Shown here in pieces: positions 57,234 to 64,000 of a stretch of DNA of 64,000 nucleotides. Position numbers and translations under genes: made by a program. Below the pieces are notes generated by a model, which did no database searches, had not been told where the DNA came from, and saw only the letters and a list, made by a program, of their open reading frames with translations. Within the stretch, counting starts at the first letter, position 1, and each line of letters begins with the position of its first letter. Source of the stretch: an uncultured delta proteobacterium (lineage in GTDB: Bacteria > Desulfobacterota > Binatia > UBA9968); the NCBI GenBank assembly GCA_963816145.1, contig CAWFJP010000012.1, positions 32,001 to 96,000 of the forward strand. The letters run 5' to 3'.

Positions 57234-58229
57234 TTAATAGGGCAGCCGCGTGCCAATGCTCTTCTCTATGGCGCTGCGGTAAATGTGGTCGGCCATGGCG
57301 ATGTCTTGGTTTACCAAGCCGATGGCGCGGATGAAAATCCGTTCCTGCTCCGACTGACGGCCGGGTATCTTGCCGGCGAGCAACTCGGGGAGTTCGGCGT
57401 AGAGATCTTTTTCGCTCAAATAATTCTCTTTCAACATGCGCTGCATGTCTGATTTGTTCTTGCAGTGTGCCCAGCTGTCGACGACGAATTTGTCGGCGTT
57501 CTTGTAGACTGAGCTTTCAACTTCTTGGTGCTTGCCGATGGAATAGACGGTGACGCCTGGCCCGAGCCAGGACTCTTTGACGAACGGCGTTGATGTTGTC
57601 GTCGCCGAGATCACGACATCAGCGCCGCTGAGTGCCTCTTCGGTGGATTCCACCGGGATGATGTTCAATCCGTATTCCGCACCCACTTCCTTGGCGTAGT
57701 TCTGGCGCGACTCGGGCGTGCGCGAAGTGACGCGGATTTCTTTCAAGTTAAATGCCCGAGCCATTACCGGCACGGCGGCGCGGGCGGTGTCGCCGGCGCC
57801 GAGCATCGCCATTACGGTTGAACCTTTGCGCGCGAGCGCACGCATGGCGACCGCCGCGGCCGCGGCGGTGCGCACGGCGTGGCACCAGTCTTCGTCCATG
57901 AATGCGAGGATCTCGCCGCCTTCGAGATCGCTGAGGATGAGCACTCTTCTCGGTCCGCGCGGCGGGCGCGAGACATCACGGCTTCCACCGGCGGCTTTGA
58001 TCGAACGAATGCGAAAGCCGGCGACCGGCGTAGTCTTCAACGCGCAGCCGGTGACCCAGGACTGCCAGCCTTGCTCGGGTTTGATCGCGAAATCTTCCGG
58101 CGTCGACCAGATGACCCGCCCTTCGCTGTGATCGCGCAGCGCCTGCTCGGTGATCTCAATGGCCCGGCCGAGGTCGAGAACTTTTTTAACGTCGTTATTG
58201 GAAAGGTAGAGGATGCCGTTGGAGTCCAT
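57234..58229 (-). CDS. Ornithine cyclodeaminase/mu-crystallin family protein
   Basis: AVRTAAAAAVA, LGAGDTA, ADVVISAT, GLVNQDIAMA. Confidence 0.88.
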   Translation of the reverse strand: MDSNGILYLSNNDVKKVLDLGRAIEITEQALRDHSEGRVIWSTPEDFAIKPEQGWQSWVTGCALKTTPVAGFRIRSIKAAGGSRDVSRPPRGPRRVLILSDLEGGEILAFMDEDWCHAVRTAAAAAVAMRALARKGSTVMAMLGAGDTARAAVPVMARAFNLKEIRVTSRTPESRQNYAKEVGAEYGLNIIPVESTEEALSGADVVISATTTSTPFVKESWLGPGVTVYSIGKHQEVESSVYKNADKFVVDSWAHCKNKSDMQRMLKENYLSEKDLYAELPELLAGKIPGRQSEQERIFIRAIGLVNQDIAMADHIYRSAIEKSIGTRLPY

Positions 58230-58297
58230 GAGAGTCGTCCTAGATGATTCTCCCGCAAAGGCACAAAGGCGCGAAGTCGGAGAAATACTTTTTCTCG

Positions 58298-59434
58298 TTA
58301 GTTGATCACATCCAACCTGCGGCAGCCGATGGTTAAAAACTCTTGGCCCTTATCCGTTATCAGTACATCTTCCTCGAGATGGACCGCGCTCTTCCCCGAG
58401 CGCACTTTCGGTTCCAGGGCGAGCACCATGCCGGGACGGTAGGTCTCGGTCTCGACTTCATTCAATGACGGCGGCTCCGCGCGCGACATGCCGATGCCGT
58501 GGCCGATGCGCTTGGGGCTGTCGACTGCTTGGTAGCCGCGCTTGATCAATTCGCGGTTGGCCACGCGAGAGACCTCGGCGAGCGGCGTGCCGACTTTCAT
58601 CGATTCGAAGCAAAGCTGAATGACGTCGCAGGCGGTTTCGTGGTCCTTCCTATGTTCGGCGGTAGGCTCGCCGAAGATCGCCATTCTGGTGATGTCGCCG
58701 TAGTAGCCTTCGTAGCAGGCGCCGAAGTCGGCGATCATGCGGTCGCCTTTTTCATAACGCCGGTCGTCGTAGCGGGTCGACGAGTTCAACATGAGAAATC
58801 CCGGATGACGCGGATGGGCGCCTTCTTCGATCATCGAGATATAGAGACGGTCGGCGACTTCGCGGCGGGTCATGCCGGGCTTCAGCTGCGGCAGGCAGCG
58901 GTCGTAGGCTTTGACGGAAATCTCGCAAGCTTTGCGCAGGAAGTCTAGTTCCCGCGGGCTTTTGATGACGCGCATTTCGTTCAATGCCGCGCTGCCGTCT
59001 TTGATTTGCGCTTTGGGCAGCGCTTCGGTCAGTCCGGATAAATAATTCACCGGGATACCCAGGCGCTGATCGTCGCCTAACTCGAAGCCCAGTTTACTTT
59101 CGCCTAACTCCATTTCCTTGATGCTCGCTGCGATCATCTCCTGCGGAAACGGCACGTCGGTGTAAGACCTCACTTCGCCGACCCAGGGCAACGCCTTGGC
59201 CTTGGCTTTGTCGTTGCCGTAGACGAGCAAGAGCGGTTTGCCGGTCTTGGGGAGAATACAAATTTGCGGTCGTTGAATATGGTCCAGCTGGTAGCTGATC
59301 AGGCCGCTGAAGTACCAGTAGTTGTTCTTTTCGGAAACCACCAGGGCATCGAGGCCGTCGCGCTCCATGAGCGCTTGGGCGCGGGTATAGCGATCGAAAT
59401 ATTCCTGATCGACGAAGGGGGATTCGGTGGCCAT
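58298..59434 (-). CDS. M24 Xaa-Pro aminopeptidase family protein
   Basis: RVIKSPRE, DFGA..EGYYGDITR, GHGIG, LEP and LEEDV, so the D,D,H,E,E metal set is present. Confidence 0.88.
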   Translation of the reverse strand: MATESPFVDQEYFDRYTRAQALMERDGLDALVVSEKNNYWYFSGLISYQLDHIQRPQICILPKTGKPLLLVYGNDKAKAKALPWVGEVRSYTDVPFPQEMIAASIKEMELGESKLGFELGDDQRLGIPVNYLSGLTEALPKAQIKDGSAALNEMRVIKSPRELDFLRKACEISVKAYDRCLPQLKPGMTRREVADRLYISMIEEGAHPRHPGFLMLNSSTRYDDRRYEKGDRMIADFGACYEGYYGDITRMAIFGEPTAEHRKDHETACDVIQLCFESMKVGTPLAEVSRVANRELIKRGYQAVDSPKRIGHGIGMSRAEPPSLNEVETETYRPGMVLALEPKVRSGKSAVHLEEDVLITDKGQEFLTIGCRRLDVIN

Positions 59435-59486
59435 GAGAGTCTCCTACTGATGGTCGGTCCTGCCAGGTTTATGGTGGAGAGGATTT

Positions 59487-59567
59487 TACCACGAAGGACA
59501 CGAAGAGCACGAAGTTCGGAAAATATATTGGCTAATCCCTTCGTGTCCTTCGTGATCTTCGTGGTGA
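59487..59567. repeat. ACCACGAAG...CTTCGTGGTGA repeat, copy 3
   Basis: Same family as 36989-37069 and 38402-38473. Confidence 0.85.
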
Positions 59568-59574
59568 GTCTCTC

Positions 59575-60282
59575 TTAGCTCGCCAGCGCTTTGCGGCCTT
59601 CCATTCGTTTGATTTTGCCGACGTAGTCGAGGGCTTCGGATAGCTGAATGACGCTGGCGTACTTTGCGTTCATCTCGAACAAATTGACCAGGTGCGAGGT
59701 GCGTGAGCGGTCGAAGATGCATTCCTCCACGGGGAATACCGGGTAGCCGTAGGAGTAGCCGTCGAGCACGGTGCCGCGCACACAGCCGCAGGTGCTGGTG
59801 CCGGCGATGAGCAAAGTGTCGATGTTTTTGCGCACCAAATAGGTGATCAAATGGGTGCCGAAGAAGGCGCTGGCGCGGGCCTTGCGCACGATGAATTCGT
59901 CGTCGCGCGGTTTGATCATGTCGGGGAATTCGACGGCGAGTTTTTCGAAGTCGGTCTTGTCGACGCCGCGTTTGGTGGCGTTGCCGAAGGCTGCTTTGAA
60001 ATCGGGATCGGAGGTGGAGTAGATCACCGGAATCTTGGCGTCCCGGCAGGCGTGGAGCAATCCCTTGATTTTCGGCAGCGCGTCCCAGGCGACTTGGCCG
60101 CAGCTGGTGGGAAACTCATCGATCGCTTCCATGACCGGCATCGGCTTGGTGCCGGTGAAGCCGGTGATGACGTCGATGATAATCAGCGCCGGATTGACGC
60201 CGAACTTTTCTTTGCCTTTGTAGCCGGCCTTTTCATAAATCTTTCGCTCTTCTTCGGGGACAATCGCTTCCCAGTCGCGCAT
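59575..60282 (-). CDS. Isochorismatase-family cysteine amidohydrolase (N-carbamoylsarcosine amidase/maleamate amidohydrolase-like)
   Basis: ALIIIDV, KARASAFFGT, GTSTCGCVRGT (D-K-C triad). GGAGG RBS. Confidence 0.88.
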   Translation of the reverse strand: MRDWEAIVPEEERKIYEKAGYKGKEKFGVNPALIIIDVITGFTGTKPMPVMEAIDEFPTSCGQVAWDALPKIKGLLHACRDAKIPVIYSTSDPDFKAAFGNATKRGVDKTDFEKLAVEFPDMIKPRDDEFIVRKARASAFFGTHLITYLVRKNIDTLLIAGTSTCGCVRGTVLDGYSYGYPVFPVEECIFDRSRTSHLVNLFEMNAKYASVIQLSEALDYVGKIKRMEGRKALAS

Positions 60283-60407
60283 AACTTAACCTCCGATGTC
60301 ACACTAAAGTTAAAGGTTCCAGTCGTTCCAGCAGTTCCAATTGTATCGACTCATTTGAAACTGAGCGCAGCGGTGAAACGGTTGGAACTATTGGAACCTC
60401 GCATTAG

Positions 60408-61475
60408 TCATGGTGAAAACAGTTTGTCGCCGCGCTGGGTCATGAACAGTTCCAGCGGCAGTTCGGTGCCGATGCCTTTTTCTCTGGCTTTGTCGTACAT
60501 CTTTCTCGCGGTGACCGCGAACTGGATGCCCATGCCGGTGTTGTTTTTGAAAAAGGTGATCTCTTTGTCGCTTTGGCGGCCGCGGCAGTTGCCGTTCACT
60601 AAGTCGCCGAGCTCATGGAGGTCTTCGGCTTTGACCAAGCCACGCTCCAAGCGATCGTGAAATTCGGCCTGCTTGTCGAGAAAGATTTGCTGCTTGTAGC
60701 CGACGACGATGAGATTGGCTTTCATTACCGCTTCGTCGTCGAGCTCTTTTCTCGGCAAGAAGCCGTCGCCACCGACGATGCTGTTGAGATGCATGCCGGG
60801 TTCGACCCATTTACCGAGAATCACCGGATCGACGGTGTTGGTTGCCGCCGTGACGATGTCGCTGCCGCGAATCGCCTCCTCGGCGGAATTGGTCGGCAAG
60901 ACTTCGATGCCGGTCTCTGCGCTTACTTCCTTGGCGAACTTCTCGCGGTTCGCCTTGGTCGGGCTGTAGACTTTGACCCGGGTCAGCTGGCGCACGCAGG
61001 CATGGGCGGTGACTTGGGTTTTGGCTTGTTCGCCGGAGCCCAACAGCGCCATCACTTTGGCGTCTTTGCGAGCCAGTAAGTTGCTCGCCACCGCGCTGGT
61101 GGCGCCGACGCGCATGGCCGAGATGTAATGATCGTCCATGATCGCCAAGATATTGCAGGTGTCCATATCGAAGAGCATCACCAGGCCGATGAAATCGCCG
61201 GGATAAACGCGCCGTTTGCTGCCTTCGACTTGGATTTCTTTCGAAAAGCTCGAGTCGATGCGCAGCGCCATCGACTTCATGCCCGGCACCAGCCCCATGA
61301 TGTTGTTGAAATAGTACTGGCCGCCTTCCTCTTTCCAGGGCGTGCGCAGACGGGCGCGCGGCGCGAGCATGGCTTTGCCCTGACCCAACTCGCGAAAAGC
61401 CAGCTCGATGGCGTCGATCTCCTCAGACATCGGCAGCAAGTTTTCCATCTGATGGTTTTTGAGGACGAGTACCAT
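60408..61475 (-). CDS. Ornithine cyclodeaminase/mu-crystallin family protein
   Basis: AMRVGATSAVA, LGSGEQA, SDIVTAAT, GMGIQFA. AAGGAG RBS. Confidence 0.88.
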   Translation of the reverse strand: MVLVLKNHQMENLLPMSEEIDAIELAFRELGQGKAMLAPRARLRTPWKEEGGQYYFNNIMGLVPGMKSMALRIDSSFSKEIQVEGSKRRVYPGDFIGLVMLFDMDTCNILAIMDDHYISAMRVGATSAVASNLLARKDAKVMALLGSGEQAKTQVTAHACVRQLTRVKVYSPTKANREKFAKEVSAETGIEVLPTNSAEEAIRGSDIVTAATNTVDPVILGKWVEPGMHLNSIVGGDGFLPRKELDDEAVMKANLIVVGYKQQIFLDKQAEFHDRLERGLVKAEDLHELGDLVNGNCRGRQSDKEITFFKNNTGMGIQFAVTARKMYDKAREKGIGTELPLELFMTQRGDKLFSP

Positions 61476-61553
61476 GAAGTTCTCCTTAGATACTCTGCGT
61501 ACAACAGAGCTTGAAGTGGAGTCAAGACGGCGGAGAAAGTAAATCCAGTGTAG

Positions 61554-61589
61554 AAAAACGAAGGGCTGAGAAACTTTTCTCAGCCCTTC
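61554..61589 (-). terminator. Intrinsic terminator after the ferredoxin gene
   Basis: GAAGGGCTGAGAAA/TTTCTCAGCCCTTC stem followed by T5 on the minus strand. Confidence 0.8.
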
Positions 61590-61619
61590 ATGAAACGGCG
61601 CGAAGCAGGCGGTTAGTGA

Positions 61620-61892
61620 TTAGCCTTTCTTGGCTTTGTACCAGTCAGCGTCGATTTTGATAAAGTGTTTCCACTTATCTGGAACCGCCGCTTCCTCAAA
61701 GATCGCCTCCACGGGGCAGACCGGCTCGCAAGCCCCACAGTCGATGCACTCCTCGGGATCGATATAGAGCTTATTTTCTTTCTCGAATTCCTCAGCCTCA
61801 TTTTTTGTCGGATGAATGCAATCCACCGGACAGACATCCACACAGGCCGTGTCTTTGGTATCGATACAGGGTTCAGCAATAATGTAGGCCAT
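61620..61892 (-). CDS. fdxA: FdxA-type dicluster ferredoxin
   Basis: [17 protein letters not shown] and [21 protein letters not shown]. Confidence 0.9.
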   Translation of the reverse strand: MAYIIAEPCIDTKDTACVDVCPVDCIHPTKNEAEEFEKENKLYIDPEECIDCGACEPVCPVEAIFEEAAVPDKWKHFIKIDADWYKAKKG

Positions 61893-62043
61893 CTATTCCT
61901 CCTAGATTCGAACTCCAACTTAGTTAACAAATCGACTCTCGCATGTCAATTTATCGGGATGTCCGACGCGTTAAGGTCGCCGCCTTGACCCCCTCGAGCG
62001 CTCGATGTTAGATGCAAGTTACTCCAGATTGGCGGGAAATATC

Positions 62044-63123
62044 ATGATCCGGCAATTTTTAGGTATATTTCTCTGTGCGGCGGCCATTGGCCTCGACGGC
62101 GGTTCCGAATCGTTGCCAGCGGCGACGGTCGACGAGCTTGCCAAGAGCATGCGCAGCCTCACTGGCGCTCAGCGCAAGTCGTTCTTAGAGGAGGGCGCGC
62201 GCAAGGAAGGCGAGGTGATCTGGTACACCTCGATGAGCTTGACCGACTTCCCCAAGATCGTCGGCGCTTTCGAGCGGAGCCATCCCTACGTCAAGATCAA
62301 AACCAATCGTTTATCGCAGTCTTCGGTTATGCCCAAGATCGAAACCGAAGCCCGCGCCGGCCACTATGCCGTCGATTTGGTCGCCTCGGCGCCGGTGGAG
62401 ATGTGGGAACTCAAGCAGCGCAATTTCTCCGCGCCCTATCTTTCGCCTGAGCTAAAAGCTTTCCCCACCGGTTCATTCGACCCGCAGGGTTTCTGGGCTT
62501 CGACCGAGGTGACGCCCATAGTTCTGGCATTTAACACTAAATTGGTTGCCCCTGATGACGCGCCCAAGAGTTATCAGGATCTGTTGCTGCCCAAGTGGCG
62601 CGGCAAGATGAATTTCGGCAGCGATGAGTACGCCTGGTATTCAGTCATGCTCGACGGCATGGGCAAAGCCAAGGGGATGGATTTCATGCGCGCCCTGGCG
62701 CGCCAGCAGCTGCATATCCCCGGCGGCAGCAGTATCATGCGCTTGCAATTGATGCTCGCCGGCGAGTCCGCGATGGTGATCGCGGCGCGCGGCCGGCGCG
62801 CCACCGAATACAAAGAAAAGGGCGCGCCGGTGGATTTTCGCTTGCTCGATCCCTATCCGGGCGAGCCCAACGGCTTGGCTTTGATGCGCCGGGCGGCACA
62901 TCCGCATGCTTCTATGCTGTTTATCGACTGGATGCTTTCGGAAGAAGGCCAGACGGTGCTCGCGCAGCAAGTGCCGCGGATTACCTTGCGCAAGGGCGTC
63001 AAGCAGATCCCGCGGCATCAGGAGCTTTACAAAAAAGAGTTCGTTTTTGTGAATCCCGCTTCTCTCGGCCCCAATTTGACCGAGCTGATCGCTTCCTATC
63101 AGCAGGTTTTCAACATCCGCTAA
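62044..63123 (+). CDS. ABC transporter substrate-binding protein (AfuA-like)
   Basis: GARKEGEVIWYTS, PKSYQDLLLPKWRG, GAPVDF, HPHASMLFIDWMLSEEGQ. Confidence 0.88.
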   Translation: MIRQFLGIFLCAAAIGLDGGSESLPAATVDELAKSMRSLTGAQRKSFLEEGARKEGEVIWYTSMSLTDFPKIVGAFERSHPYVKIKTNRLSQSSVMPKIETEARAGHYAVDLVASAPVEMWELKQRNFSAPYLSPELKAFPTGSFDPQGFWASTEVTPIVLAFNTKLVAPDDAPKSYQDLLLPKWRGKMNFGSDEYAWYSVMLDGMGKAKGMDFMRALARQQLHIPGGSSIMRLQLMLAGESAMVIAARGRRATEYKEKGAPVDFRLLDPYPGEPNGLALMRRAAHPHASMLFIDWMLSEEGQTVLAQQVPRITLRKGVKQIPRHQELYKKEFVFVNPASLGPNLTELIASYQQVFNIR

Positions 63124-63231
63124 ATGGCGGGTCATGGTTTAACTTGATTATGGCTTGGGTGCGAGGATCTCGTCATGTGACACATCTAGTTCAATGGTCT
63201 CGACGGTCGCGGTCAGATGGCTGCCGATTAT

Positions 63232-63375
63232 ATCCCCCTTTGGAAAAGGGGGATCAAGGGGGATTTGAATCCGGGGCGGGCAGGTTTTCTTCGGAGCAGT
63301 CGCGCTGTGTTCTGGGACGATGGAGCCGTGTGAGCAGACAAAATCTCCCCTGGCCCCTCTTTTCCAAAGAGGGGT
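63232..63375. repeat. CCCCCTTTGGAAAAGGGGG-type inverted palindrome pair
   Basis: ATCCCCCTTTGGAAAAGGGGGATCAAGGGGGATTT ... AAATCTCCCCTGGCCCCTCTTTTCCAAAGAGGGG. Confidence 0.75.
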
Positions 63376-63534
63376 GATTAAGGATTTAACAGTTTTGCGG
63401 TAGTCGACGAGAATCTATCGTGACTTCTGTACCCACCGTGTCCAAACAGGATGTATAGGTAACGGTTATGGGTGACGGGGAGAGATTTCTCGCTGCGCTC
63501 GAAATGACAGACTTCCACAGGTTATTGAGTACTA

Positions 63535-63984
63535 ATGGCTGTTGAAATCACCCGGTTGGGAGCCGGCACCAAGTATCCGACCGCGGCGTTGCGCCAGATC
63601 GCCGAGATTCTCCTCCGCGCCCTCAAACAAAGCCGTGCCGAACTCAGCATCGCCCTGGTCGGCGACCGGGAAATGCGTCCACTCAACGCCAAGTACCGAA
63701 AGAAAAGGCAAACCACCGATGTGCTGTCGTTCTTCGTCGAGGACCAGCCGAGGTCGGGCGCAAAATTGCTCGGCGACGTGGTGATCTCCGTGGAACAGGC
63801 GCGCCGCCAGGCGGCGGAGGGCGGCATGACCCTCAAGAGCGAGATGGTGACTTTACTGATTCACGGCATCCTGCACTTGCTCGGCTACGACCATGAAAAA
63901 TCGCCGCGCCAAGCGCAGATCATGTTCGCTTACGAGCGGAAACTTCACGCCTACCTTTGTGACCGCGGGTTATTGAAGGTATAG
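63535..63984 (+). CDS. ybeY: rRNA maturation RNase YbeY
   Basis: LNAKYR....TDVLSF, LGDVVIS, HGILHLLGYDH. Confidence 0.95.
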   Translation: MAVEITRLGAGTKYPTAALRQIAEILLRALKQSRAELSIALVGDREMRPLNAKYRKKRQTTDVLSFFVEDQPRSGAKLLGDVVISVEQARRQAAEGGMTLKSEMVTLLIHGILHLLGYDHEKSPRQAQIMFAYERKLHAYLCDRGLLKV

Positions 63985-64000
63985 TAACCGGAGGTCGGAA

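Noticed and set aside
36989-59567. CACCACGAAG repeats as a CRISPR array
   Set aside because: Copies are dispersed inverted pairs, not direct repeats with unique spacers, and there are no cas genes.
61620-61892. Ferredoxin as the missing NuoI
   Set aside because: It is a typical short FdxA-type ferredoxin without the NuoI N-terminal region, is monocistronic, and lies about 25 kb from the operon.

Overview
GC-rich bacterial chromosome segment with no rRNA, tRNA, CRISPR array, transposase or prophage genes that I can recognise. The gene content (many orphan NMT1/AfuA/TctC solute-binding proteins, LLM, VOC, cupin and OCD paralogues) resembles Binatota or similar deltaproteobacteria-like soil lineages; this is an inference. 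Main blocks: (1) a five-gene cluster at 5.0-10.8 kb of unknown product (B12-binding radical SAM, SDR, VAO-type flavoprotein, heme-oxygenase-like dimetal enzyme, SAM methyltransferase); (2) a cupin/VOC x2/SBP/TcuA-like x2/TctC catabolic operon at 15-21.6 kb; (3) a 12-gene complex I operon nuoA-C-D-E-F-G-H-J-K-L-M-N at 24.4-37.0 kb that lacks nuoB and nuoI and is preceded by a leader with mutually exclusive terminator/antiterminator pairings; (4) mixed accessory genes at 37-47 kb, including a SYLF gene flanked by a duplicated gene 3' end and an uncalled 48-aa membrane protein; (5) a molybdo-hydroxylase/LLM/hydrolase/cupin/OCD/M24/isochorismatase catabolic island at 47.4-61.5 kb; (6) a ferredoxin, an SBP and ybeY. 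Many intergenic gaps hold palindromic repeats from several families, some nested. Five genes are broken by apparent single-base insertions, most likely long-read consensus errors. All calls come from reading motifs by eye; no searches were run.
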